DNA from: Octopus sinensis
Taxonomy: Eukaryota
NCBI RefSeq assembly: GCF_006345805.1
Contig: NC_043015.1
Span: 25,668,001-25,732,000 of the forward strand
Direction: 5' to 3'
Length of the DNA: 64,000 nt
Made by a program: the position numbers and the translations under genes. Under the pieces are notes generated by a model. The model did not search any database. It was not told the DNA's origin and saw only the letters and a program-made list of their open reading frames with translations. Positions 40,356 through 52,784 of this stretch are shown here, one piece after another (position 1 is the stretch's first letter; every line of letters begins with the position of its first letter).

Positions 40356-40699
40356 CAGGTGCGTATATTACTTGCTTCAGTCATGGATTGCAGTCTAGGA
40401 GGTAAGATGGAGGACAGGGGAACGTGTTACTAGTTAAGGATATACATATATAAAAGGGAAATAAATAAATAGCATATAATTGTATTTATATTTATCTATT
40501 TACATATATCTACTTATTTAGATACAAACATAGTGAAGGAGAGGTTGTGTGGTAAGAAGCTTGCTTCCGGTATAGCGTTTGTCAGTTGGATTGTTGGTTT
40601 TGTGTGTTGAACACGTGTCTTGTTTTGGCTGTCTTGGCGGTGCGACGTTTTTCTTCTTGTGTGATGGAGGGGCGTCGTGTAAAGAGATTAATTATTCTT

Positions 40700-41600
40700 C
40701 TTCAGAGAGAACAATTGTCTACAGAACGTATCTTGAGGGACGTACTTCCAGGGTTAGGGTACAAGACATATCACCAGAAGTAAATGTGGCCTGACTGCTG
40801 GCTGCGATACTGGTAGGCATGGAAAAGGTGGTGATCTTACAGGACACAGAATACCCTATAGGAACTGGTAGGGACAAAATCCTTGAAATGATGGTACACG
40901 TTGCGGAGAAGCCATAGAAAAGCTGGTAGAGAAAATCACAGTTGAAGAGACAATGTTGAAAGTTAGACTGGAGGGAAGGATTCCGCAGTGCTATAAATGT
41001 GGTCTGAAGGGCCACAGAGCGGTGTGCCCTCCACCACTAGAAAAGGCGAAGAGTGAGAAAGTGGTAGGTACTCCACAACCCGTGGAGGAAAAGGAAAGCG
41101 ATGTGGAACTACAGACGAAGTGCCAGCATCGAGGAAGAGGAAAAATAAGCCAGCTGGGAGATAGCGAGGAAGAAGAAAAGAAAAAGGACACATGTGGTAG
41201 AGTATGACCCCCAACCCAAACCCACCCGGCCCCCACCAACTCTACCCCAACCACCCCCTGCAGACACCAACCCTCCCCATGCTCAGTCTGACATAAAAAC
41301 AAGTACAAACACACAGGAACCTCAAGCTTGCCATCCCCGCCCTGTAAAGAAAAATATTTAGTAATGTATAATGGACATAATGAAGAACTGTGCGATGAGA
41401 TGGACTCGTGGGACGGAGTAGTAAAGATGGATGTAACGAGAGTAAGGGTTCTACTCGAGAATATTCTGTGCGTGTTGACGGTACCGGAGTACGTGTGGAG
41501 ATTACATAAGAATGTAAAAAATCTGAACTGCGAGTGGTGGGTTCAGAAAAGAGACACCAGTACAAAGTCCGAACAGATAATTTTGATATTCTAAAAAAGT
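40700..41600 (+). mobile_element. LINE ORF1 relic with zinc knuckle (L1/Tx1-like, uncertain)
   Basis: YLEGRTSRVRVQDISPEVNV...LKVRLEGRIPQCYKCGLKGHRAVCP (CX2CX4HX3C). Confidence 0.65.
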
Positions 41601-41819
41601 ACAATATAGACAATTTTTAAAAAATAGGTGATTAAATAATTGTTTTCCAAAAAAGTTGCATTAACAGGTTCAATGAAGTCGCTCAGAGGTAGGGCTGAAT
41701 CGCTCCTTTTATCTTTCATTATATTAATTCATTCTTTTCATTCGTTTTGTGTTTTGTCTCCCCACTTTGTGCTGTCCCCTCTATATAAGGCTTTTATGGC
41801 AAATTTCATAAAATAAAGA

Positions 41820-41955
41820 AGCTTGCTTCTCAACCACATGGTTCCAGGTTCAGTCCCACTGCGTGGCACATTGGGCAAGTATTTTCTATTAAAGCCTCTG
41901 GCCGACTAAAGCCTTGTGAGTGGATTTGGTAAATGGAAACTGAAAGAAGCCCGTC

Positions 41956-41957
<2 letters not shown>
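41820..41957 (+). mobile_element. SINE 5' half
   Basis: CCACATGGTTCCAGGTTCAGTCCCACTGCGTGGCAC head ending GAAAGAAGCCCGTCG before (TA)n. Confidence 0.8.
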
Positions 41958-41988
<31 letters not shown>

Positions 41989-41991
<3 letters not shown>

Positions 41992-42031
41992 TAGCATTAT
42001 GACCCGTCGTTGCCGAGTCATAATGCTAGTG
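41989..42031. repeat. Perfect 15-bp inverted repeat with 13-nt spacer
   Basis: CACTAGCATTATGAC-CCGTCGTTGCCGA-GTCATAATGCTAGTG. Confidence 0.92.
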
Positions 42032-42164
42032 CATGTATATATGTGTATATATATGTGTACATATTACATGTACATCTATATATATACATCTACACATAAA
42101 ATACAAAATACAAAGTTATATCTTGATATAGCTAGTGATAACAATATTCAAAATATATAACAGA

Positions 42165-42700
42165 CTGGAACCGTAGGCCCGTTTCTTGCAATTTCGATCA
42201 ATTGTATCTTGTCCTCCCTCTTGTATAGAAGTGTGGCTACAATCCAGCCTACCTCTACTTCTGGGGGGACATTTTTAATTTTTATCCGGGACGTCCTACG
42301 TCCCAGATATAAAGGTAAAAATAAAATATTTCCACTTTGCAAGGTTCGAGTCGAGTACTCTCTTGCACGCTCCGTTGACTCGAACCTTGATCCTATTGTG
42401 GCGAATTTACCGCCTCTGGTTAGATACTTGATATCTTTCATAGTCGCACCAAGACCCTTTTCGATGGTGCTTTCCTCCAGGTGTTCAAATCTTTTTTTTC
42501 TCTACATTGTATACTTTATAGACAATAGTCTTTTCTTTAATTTAATTTTTTATTTCGTTTGGTGGTGTTATCCTAGATTCACCGTCTTTGTCGGTGATCA
42601 ATCCGAAATAGGTTTGTATTTCTTCCATATTAATTTTAATGAGTTCGCGCCCGTCGACGGCTGCAGCGAAATTCATTTTTGGACTTTCTTCTATCGAAGG
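42165..42700 (-). mobile_element. LINE ORF1 N-terminal relic homologous to the 40700 fragment
   Basis: Track ORF 42148-42441 LYLGRRTSRIKIKNVPPEVEVGWIVATLL aligns with YLEGRTSRVRVQDISPEVNVA*LLAAIL; extends upstream to MPSIEESPKMNFAAAV with one stop. Confidence 0.65.
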
Positions 42701-43410
42701 CATTTTAACAAAAATGCTTCCGTATAAACGGTGAAAATATTGTCAATTTCCCCAAACAGGGACACAATTCAATTTTTAAACAATAACCAAAACTCCTTCT
42801 CCCAAAGGGGGAGGTTTACGGTTTACAATTATTTAACAAATGCAACACAAGAACGTTTCCCTTACGAGGAACCAACAAACGTGATAACAATAGTTAAACA
42901 GTAATAATAATAACAACAAACCTTACGGTGAATCAGAAAGCAGTACGCAGTTGAAGCTATAGTCCTTTATGTATAAGAAATAAACCAACAGCAGTACTCA
43001 GTAAAAGCGGCTGTTCGAGAAAACAGACATTACATACATCCAAACTTCATATACATACTTAATGCTAGCTAATTAGCAGATAATCTAACGTAAAAGCCGT
43101 GGTGAAGGGTATTTGCACGGCTCCATCTGGACTATTCCATTTCTGCACACTAATTTTATTTTTAAGTTATTCCCATTCATGTGAAACCACTTATTCAAGT
43201 TCAAGTCATTGATGCAATTTTATAACAAATGCTATTTTTATTTTTGCTATGTTACGATTTAATTATTATATTATACTTTACTTTGATTTTAATTATTACT
43301 TACTACATATAATTCAATTATTATTATTATCTCTAATTTTTATTGTTAAAGTGAAAGTATCTGACATAAAATAGAGAAATGTTTTTGTTTCACTTTTAAC
43401 ACGTAATACT

Positions 43411-43735
43411 GAAATAGTGGAGAAGATATGATATTGCTATGGGCTCGCCCTAGGCAAGAAGTTGAGCATTTTTTTGCTCATGAAACTACATGGCATGTGT
43501 AAAATATGACTGAAATTGGTTGTGTAGTTCTCAAGTTTTAGGGAATCATAGTGGAGAAGATATGATATTGCTGTGGGCTCGCCCTAGGAAAAAAGTTAAA
43601 AATTTTGCCGATGACACTCCCCGAACCCTAAGAAAGGCATGTGTAAAATTTGAATGAAATTGGCTGTGTAGTTATCAAGTTTTAGGGAAACACACAGACA
43701 GACAGACAGACACACATTCTCAGTTTTTTTTATAT
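43411..43735 (+). mobile_element. Helentron/HINE-like 3' portion with two related internal units (134-bp offset) and (CAGA)n
   Basis: ATAGTGGAGAAGATATGATATTGCT(A/G)TGGGCTCGCCCTAGG at 43414 and 43548, then ACAGACAGACAGAC and a T-run/(TA)n end. Confidence 0.5.
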
Positions 43736-43743
43736 ATATATAT

Positions 43744-44090
43744 AGTGAAGGCGCATGGCTTAGTGGTTAGAGCGTCGAGCCTACGATGGCGAGGTTGTGA
43801 GTTCGAATCTGTAACTTTCTAGCTGCAATCAAATGGTCAGTCGTGACCAAAGCGGGTCTCAGCATATATATATATTTGTATCTGCGTTTGTCCCCAAACC
43901 ATCCCTTGATACCGATGTTGGTGTATTTACGTCCCTGTAACTTAGCAGTTCGGCAAAAGGGAGCGATAGAATAAGTACTAATCTGACAAAGAATGAGTCC
44001 TGGGGTCGATTAGTTAGACTAAAGGTGGTGCTCCAGCATGGCTGCAGTCATATGATTGAAACAAGTAAAAGAAAGAAAAGAAATACGCAT
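43744..44090 (+). mobile_element. tRNA-derived SINE
   Basis: GGCGCATGGCTTAGTGGTTAGAG...GAGTTCGAATC head; GGTGCTCCAGCATGG core; AAAGA tail. Confidence 0.85.
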
Positions 44091-44739
44091 TTACTTACAT
44101 AGAATCTTCGATTACGGAATGTTATGCGTCTATAAGTGTATGCGGCTCTCGAGCGTGTGTGTGAATGCGACAATGTATCTCGTGCGTCGCTATGATCCTA
44201 TAAGGCCAAATCACCGAAGAGGACTGAAACTTCATTCTTCGATTAAAGAAAGTTAATAAAAATAATTCTGAGTTGACCTTAGCGGGATTTGAATATAGGG
44301 AGGAGTAAGGAAGAAATAAATATCCACACGTAGTTTGACCTATCGCTCTGATGTCTCTGCCAATGTGTAACATTAACACATAAAACATATGCAAATAATT
44401 GCCTCTGCAAAGGTAACTCTAGCGTGCATTAAAGTTAGAAAGTGGCGTGATAATTCTATAAAATATATTCTTTAGCCTCTCCACGCTGACTTAGAAAAGT
44501 ATAAAAGAAAAGTATAAAACGAAAAAAATACACACACAAACACACACACACACACAAACATACACACACACACACACAAACACACACATACACACAAACA
44601 CACACACAAACACACACACACATACACACATGGAATAGACGATCATAAACTGTGAGGACCGTCGCATACAAAGCCTCTTATTTTCGAAACTTTTTACAGG
44701 AGAAAAAATGTATATAATGTATATGTATATACATATGCA

Positions 44740-45910
44740 TTAACGTGAGTACGTATGTATAATGCTATATGCAAACATATACATATACCGACACATACCT
44801 ACATATATAAACATACACATAAAATTTACACACAAATACACATACATATACATACATATACACATACACACATATATATATATACACATATACATACATA
44901 TATATACACATATGCATACATATATATACTCATATACATATACATGCACATACATATGCATACAAATATATGCATACATATATATACATATACATATATA
45001 CATTCATATATACTTACATATACATATATAGATACATACACATATATACATACATATACATGCACATATATACATACACATATGAATATACATATAATAC
45101 TCATATTTTCGAAACTTTTTACAGCAGAAAAAGTGTATATAATGTGAGTGCTTATGTATAATGCTATATACATACATATATATACACACATACATACATA
45201 CACATATATACATATATATACACATATAAACATACATCCACATATATACATACATATATACATATATATACATACATATATATACATATATATATATATA
45301 CACATATATACATACATATATATACATATAGATGCATACATATATATATACGCATATATACATACATATACATACACATATATGCATATACATGCACATA
45401 TACATATATACATACATATACATACACATGTATACATACATATACATACACATATATAAATACATATACATACACATATATACATACATATACATACTCA
45501 TATATACATACATATACATACACATATATACATACATATACATACACACATACATATATATACATACACATATATACATACATATATACTGATATATACA
45601 TACACATATATGCATATACATACACATATAGATACACATATATACATACATATGCATACATATATATACATATACATACACATATATACATACATATACA
45701 TACACATATATACATACATATACATACTCATATATACATACATATATACGTTTATATAAATACACATATATACATACACATATATACACACATATACACA
45801 TACAAACATATACATATATATACACACACATATATACACACATATACATATAGAAATATATACACATATACACACATACAAATATATACACATATGTATA
45901 CAAGTACGTG
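44740..45910. repeat. Compound (CATA)n/(TA)n microsatellite of about 1.2 kb
   Basis: Direct sequence; source of the 183-299 aa YIC/YIH pseudo-ORFs. Confidence 0.95.
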
Positions 45911-46883
45911 TAAATGTATGGCGCTCAGATTAATGGATAAAAAATAAATACATTCAAATGACTCCACAATGAAATAATTGAAACAAAACCAATTGTGAGG
46001 TAGAACTTTTGAAACGTCTTACTCACTGTGTGTATGTATGTCACTCTCCCTCCGTATATATACACATATATATATACATACATATATATATATATTATAT
46101 ATATATATATATTATATATATATATATATATATATGCACATACATACATACACACATATATCTATACATACATATGTGTGAGTGTGCATACATACATACA
46201 CACACATATATGTGATATACCGGCATACACATTTATGTATTTGTATATGTATTGTTGTACAAACACTAATAAAGAATTTGATTAGTTCCACTGGACATAT
46301 CCAATTGCGATTTCTTGTAGTTGTAGCTTTTACAATAAACCAGACATTGAAAGCCCAATAATATCATCCTCAAACTCCCACACACACACCACAAACCATC
46401 GTTCTTTCTTCCTTCATCTAATTCTGTGTCTGGTATTGTGCTATAAGCATGGTTAAAACTATATGTACGCGCGCGCGCGGTGTGTGTGTGTGTGTGTATT
46501 GATTTATGCATCTTGTTTCACGTTAGATAAGATAAAAGTTATTGCTTTGTTGAGGAGTAGCTTTCAGTGGAGTTAGAGGAAGGATTAAAAGTTAACATCG
46601 TTAAGTCTTAATGTAGCGTGGTCTCTACATTTAAAATGCTATTTCTATACTGCATGTGTAACAGTCATTGGTTTACCCGACCTGAACTTGCATACTCCTA
46701 CATCAATACAGAATAGACAAGAATAAAATTTAATATAAATTGATGATAATGTAACTTCTCCTAGACAATTTAGTACTTTGGGAGTAGCATGGACATAGAA
46801 CGCGCCGTCTTCATGCAAGTGTACAAGTTTGATATGTACTCGAGTTGTTAGCTGCTCCTTGCCTTACTACTGTATTAATTGTG

Positions 46884-46924
<41 letters not shown>

Positions 46925-46959
46925 CATATATATTATATGTATATACATATATATATATG

Positions 46960-46998
<39 letters not shown>

Positions 46999-47109
46999 AT
47001 GCGTGTGCATACATTTGTGTATATATATATTTCTATATATGTATATATATTTACATATATATATGTATATATTTACATTTATATATGTACGTGTATATAT
47101 ATATATATT

Positions 47110-47311
47110 TGTCGTACGGGAACGAGAAGATTTGCATCCCCAACCAAGAATTTAGGAAGTAACACATGTCCTTGTGGAAGCTGTTGTGCGCGGCTGAAGA
47201 AGGCCACAGACATACATTATGATTTGTTATGAATCTGTCTAATAAAGGCCCGAAACATATGTACCGCTGAATCCTTCGCCTCATGTCTTTATTTTTATTT
47301 TTATTTTGATC
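47110..47311 (+). repeat. pLTR / direct repeat R1
   Basis: TGTCGTACGGGAACGAG...TTTTATTTTGATC, repeated at 51552, 52443 and 56883. Confidence 0.95.
47190..47267 (+). ncRNA. Type I hammerhead ribozyme HHR1
   Basis: GCGG-CTGAAGA-A-GGCC...GGCC-C-GAAA-C-ATAT-GTA-CCGC; stem I GCGG/CCGC; palindromic ACATATGT stem III; predicted cut after A47263. Confidence 0.85.
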
Positions 47312-47451
47312 AATTTACTCCACCACCTACACCACCAAACGGTATACACCGGTGCTTATAATTATCAAGTACTCACCCCGAATTTCTACACTCAACTCAC
47401 CTACGTTGTCACTAGGATCTGATCCCACGTAACCGCGACAACCTTTAGTAC

Positions 47452-49976
47452 TTGACGAACCCAAACATGAGGATTCAAAGGATTCACACAAACTTCTCCC
47501 CCAAGGACATACCTCTCCACTCCGACAAAACTTACACGACGACTCTCATCCACCGGACCACAGACTTTATTAGAAGAATTAGGTGGGCGGCCTACCATTT
47601 CGATAACCCGGAGAAAAGCAACCCCAACTCTAACCAAGAAGAAATAGCACACAAGAAGATATTTAAAAGCAGAAGAAACCCACCCCCTAACTACGCACTG
47701 GAAAATTTTGAAAAAGACTTAATCGACCTCATTACCAACATCAACATTAGTAAACATAAGACCATTTCCAACACCCACTTAAGGAGCCTTAAAGATTTCC
47801 TGCATTCACTCAGGAACGATGGTAGTCTTATCATACCCGCCGACAAGACTGGGAACTGGTATAGGCTAGACTACCAAACCTACAAATCGCTCATCATGAG
47901 GGAACTTAGCAAAAAGTATAAAACTACTTCTACGGATAACCTTAAGGAAATTAATTACAAAATCAAGGAAGTTATGAGCAAATTAGACCTCCTGGACAGA
48001 ACAGAACCTATTAAACCGCAAGTACCCAAAATTACTATTAAAGACCATAAGAAAGACTTCCCGGATAGTGTAGGAGTACGATTAATCTGTCCGACTAAAT
48101 CGGATATCGGCAGACTTAGCAAGACCATCCTGGACAAGGTGATCCCACACATCAAACCCACATCCCACTCCAACTATGGATTAATACCAGCGATGTGCTA
48201 GAATGGTTTAACACTATCACCAATAGGCCCGACTACTCATTCATCCAATTCGACATAGCCAGCTACTACGCCAGTATATCCCCCATCTTACTTAACAAAT
48301 CCCTTATTTTTGCCCGCAACCTTTCACTCATAGACAGAGAAAAAATTGACATAATTCTATTAGCTAGAAAAACCATAATAGAATTCGACGGTAGACTCTG
48401 GACCAGATCCGATACCCCCGACAATTTCGATGTGGCTATGGGCTCGAGCGATTCAGCTCAGGTGACTGACTTGGTCGGGGCCTACCTGCTCAAGAAGCTT
48501 TTCTCCGAGGTACCGGATCTTCAGGGGGGTCTATACAGAGACGACGCTCTCTTCATATACCCCACCAACAATAGGAGTAAACTAGAAAGAATTAGGAAAA
48601 AGATCAGGCTTTTTTTCAAATCCTTCAATCTTAAACTAGAATTTATGACCAATACTAAAATAGTTAACTTCTTAGATGTTACGTTAGATTTGAATAAGCA
48701 CCTTCACTACCCGTATAGGAAACCAGAAGAAACTACCAAATACATCCATACCTCTTCCAACCATCCACCCTGTATAATTAGCACCACAGTCCAAGCCATC
48801 TCAGACAGACTGACAAAACTATCCTCTAATAGAGAAATTTTCAATAATCAGGCTCAACACTACAACCAAGCCCTCTATAGTGCCGGATATAACCAGAGAA
48901 TATCATATGTAGACCAACCGGGAGCGTCCGTCGACCATAAGACTCCCAATTATAATCGAACTCAGCACTCAACTCACACTACCGATAAGTCTAATTCAAA
49001 CTCCAAACAACGTATAGGAAATAGGCGAACTAATAGAACAGCACACAATAGTAACCCTCCCGACGAGAACAATATAGATCCTACTAGGAGAAATAGAAGG
49101 GATAATAGTAGATTACGCAAATACATATGGTTCAACATACCTTTCAACTTAGCAGTTAGGGGTAGGTTATGTAAAAGAATATTCTCTATAATTTCCAACA
49201 ACTTCCCACCCACCCACAAATATAGAAGTATCTTCTCCAACAAAACTATTAGGATTTCCTACTCTACCCTGCCCAACATGAGCTGCCTCTTAGCTAAACA
49301 CAACTATATTAATATTAGAACAGCTAGATCAAGAGCAAACCATAGCGACCAACAGAACCCCCCTCATCTAGACAGTAGGCATTATAACCAGACTGGCAAC
49401 CATAATACCCAAGCAGTTAGTAATAACACCCGCCAACACAACAGAGGAAATACTACACCCATCAACAACCAGGAGGATACCAACGCCCCCACTCGTATTG
49501 CAACACCTCCGCCTAGGATTAGCAGCACACGACCGAATAATGCAATGCAATGCAACTGCAGATGTGCATCAGAGTGCCCGCTGCAGGGCGCATGCAGGGC
49601 GAAAAACGTAATATACTCATGTGAGGTGAGTACTCAATTTAACACACTCACCTATATTGGTTGCTCAACCTCCTGGAAATCCAGATACTACAACCACCGG
49701 TCCTCGCTGAGACATAGACATAAGGCTAACAGCACCTCCCTCTCTAAAAGAATTTGGGAATTAAAAGACAAATGCATAAGCTTCAAACTCAGATGGTCCA
49801 TCATCGGATCAGCTGCACCTTATTTAAATAATAGAGCAGGATGCCAACTATGCTGTGTAGAACTCCTGAACATCTTGAAATTCAAAGACAAACACAATCT
49901 TATTAACAAAAGGTCAGAGTTCAAACCATCCTGTATACATAAACTTATTAATACTTTCAAATACTACAATGCTTAG
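47452..49976 (+). pseudogene. RT + GIY-YIG ORF of copy 1, split by a 1-bp deletion at about 48157-48159
   Basis: AAACCCA here versus AAACCCCA at 53487-53494 in copy 2; otherwise the same protein. Could be a sequencing or assembly homopolymer error. Confidence 0.9.
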
Positions 49977-50047
49977 GTCTTATACCAACTCCCCCATGCT
50001 ATTTCCTCCCACCCGGTGCAACCTGTCGGCTCCAGCACATCCCGCGT

Positions 50048-50083
<36 letters not shown>

Positions 50084-51551
50084 GTATGTGCACATACGTG
50101 TATGTGTGTGTACATATACACATATATATATATATATGTGGGCCACCTCCATCTCATGTTAAACTTTACAAAATTATATTTTTACCTTATTTTTTTATTT
50201 TTATATTTTATTTTATTTTATTTTATTTTTATTTTTATTTTTATTTTTATTTTCATTTTTATTTTTACTTTTATCCTACTTCCATTTATTTTTATTTTTA
50301 ATTTTATTTTTACTCTTATTTTTACGTTTATTCTACTGCCATTTACTCTCATTTTCATTTTCATCCCTTACCTTAACTCTTATAACCCTTATAATTCTTA
50401 TATTTCATTTCTAACTATTACATTGTATTTCTTATTTTATACTGTATTTTTTATTTCTAATCTTTACCCTTACCCTCATTCTTACCCCTAATTTATCGCT
50501 TTACACCTCTATATATGTTTATTTACTTACCTATGGATCCGCTTTTTGAGTATCCGAGCGTCCGCGTACGTGTGTATGCGCATACATACATATGCGCGCG
50601 CGTATATGTACATGCATACTTCGATATCTTATGACTATACCCATGGGCGCGTGTGTCTCTGTGTGTGTATGTGAATATATATATGTGCACGCACATACGG
50701 ACACACAGCCGTGTGTGCGTGCGCGTATTAACATGAGTACGGGATTCTTTACATATGTTCTTATACACATCCTTTAATATCTTATACCTAGACCTAGAGA
50801 CGTGGGCATATACGTGTACGTATGTAGTGAGGGGCGCGCGTATATACATGTGAGCGTGTACGCGCGTAATGTCCGTCTATATATGCGGATATTCTGTTGT
50901 ATGTATGTGTGTGTGCGCGCGTGCGTGTGGGTGCGTGTGTGTTTATGTACGTGTTTACACGCGAGTGCGTGTGTTTGCTTATAGACTTGGAGACGTATAT
51001 GTACGCGTGTATGTGGGTGTATGTACCCATGATGATATGTATGTACTGAAAGTCCATTTAATTGAAGGAACCAGATTAAACTCTCATCAGCTCTGATTTA
51101 CGACGAAACCGTTAATTTACTGACAGTTCTACAACTAAGTTTTATCAATCTCATGACCACCATGCTGGGTCCGCGACCTCTATACATCCCTTATCTTTAC
51201 ATTCTTTTACACTTTTATCATGTTTTTATCAGGTTCTTTTACTTCTTTTACTATTATTTCCATTTCTATTTTTACTTTACAACATTATGCCTTTACATTT
51301 ATTTATATTTCTTTATATTTCTTTATACCCCTTTACATCTCCTTACAACTCTTTATATCTTTATCCTCTACATTTTTATATTATTTTATATTATTTTATA
51401 TTTTTTATCCCTCGTCCCGAACTCTCGCCCCTCCATCTTCACCTCTATATACGTATTTATTTATTTACATTACCTCAACATCCAAGTTTCCTCATTCTAC
51501 ATTGAGAGAGGAAAGAGATGGACGATTCAATTCGATGCTGCTGCCGCATTA

Positions 51552-51753
51552 TGTCGTACGGGAACGAGAAGATTTGCATCCCCAACCAAGAATTTAGGAA
51601 GTAACACATGTCCTTGTGGAAGCTGTTGTGCGCGGCTGAAGAAGGCCACAGACATACATTATGATTTGTTATGAATCTGTCTAATAAAGGCCCGAAACAT
51701 ATGTACCGCTGAATCCTTCGCCTCATGTCTTTATTTTTATTTTTATTTTGATC
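51552..51753 (+). repeat. pLTR / direct repeat R2
   Basis: Copy of R1 at offset 4442. Confidence 0.95.
51632..51709 (+). ncRNA. Type I hammerhead ribozyme HHR2
   Basis: Identical to HHR1; predicted cut after A51705. Confidence 0.85.
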
Positions 51754-52106
51754 TATTTATATATACATATATATACATATATATATATGTATATATTTAC
51801 ATACATATATTTACATATATATATATTTTCATATATATATGTATGTATATATACATATGTGTATGCATGTATATATATATTACATATATGTATGTATATA
51901 TATATATTTACATATATGTATGTATATATATATATTTACATATATGTATGTATGTATGTATATATATATATATATTTACATATATGTATGTATAATAATA
52001 TTTTACATATATGTATGTATTATATATATATATTTACATACATGTATATATGTATATATATTACATACATGTATGCATGTATATACTCGTATATATATAT
52101 ATTTAC

Positions 52107-52156
<50 letters not shown>

Positions 52157-52189
52157 GTATGTATATATATATATTTGTATATATGTATG

Positions 52190-52239
<50 letters not shown>

Positions 52240-52290
52240 ATATATATGTATATACATATATATATATATGTATATACATATATATATATG

Positions 52291-52329
<39 letters not shown>

Positions 52330-52442
52330 ATGCGTGTGCATACATTTGTGTATATATATATTTCTATATATGTATATATATTTACATATATATATGTATA
52401 TATATTTACATTTATATATGTACGTGTATATATATATATATT
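51754..52442. repeat. Inter-copy compound microsatellite spacer (Y+X)
   Basis: The first part matches the flank right of copy 2 (57085 onward); the last ~220 bp match the flank left of copy 1 (about 46890-47109). Confidence 0.9.
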
Positions 52443-52522
52443 TGTCGTACGGGAACGAGAAGATTTGCATCCCCAACCAAGAATTTAGGAAGTAACACAT
52501 GTCCTTGTGGAAGCTGTTGTGC

Positions 52523-52600
52523 GCGGCTGAAGAAGGCCACAGACATACATTATGATTTGTTATGAATCTGTCTAATAAAGGCCCGAAACATATGTACCGC
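52523..52600 (+). ncRNA. Type I hammerhead ribozyme HHR3
   Basis: Identical to HHR1; predicted cut after A52596. Confidence 0.85.
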
Positions 52601-52784
52601 TGAATCCTTCGCCTCATGTCTTTATTTTTATTTTTATTTTGATCAATTTACTCCACCACCTACACCACCAAACGGTATACACCGGTGCTTATAATTATCA
52701 AGTACTCACCCCGAATTTCTACACTCAACTCACCTACGTTGTCACTAGGATCTGATCCCACGTAACCGCGACAACCTTTAGTAC

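Larger units (their letters stand above)
47110..51753 (+). mobile_element. Penelope-like element copy 1 (pLTR-ORF-pLTR), Hydra-clade-like
   Basis: 202-bp direct repeats at 47110-47311 and 51552-51753; RT-EN ORF; nearly identical to copy 2. Confidence 0.95.

Noticed and set aside
46266-46511. Minus-strand ORF with a TM-like stretch (LWCVCGSLRMILLGFQCLVYC)
   Set aside because: It starts in (GT)n, is short and has no recognisable homology; insufficient as a host exon.
52443-52617. Small pLTR ORFs (RTGTRRF...[10 protein letters not shown]; antisense MRRRIQRY...)
   Set aside because: They are short, overlap the ribozyme, lack a proper start inside the repeat, and their conservation simply reflects copy identity.
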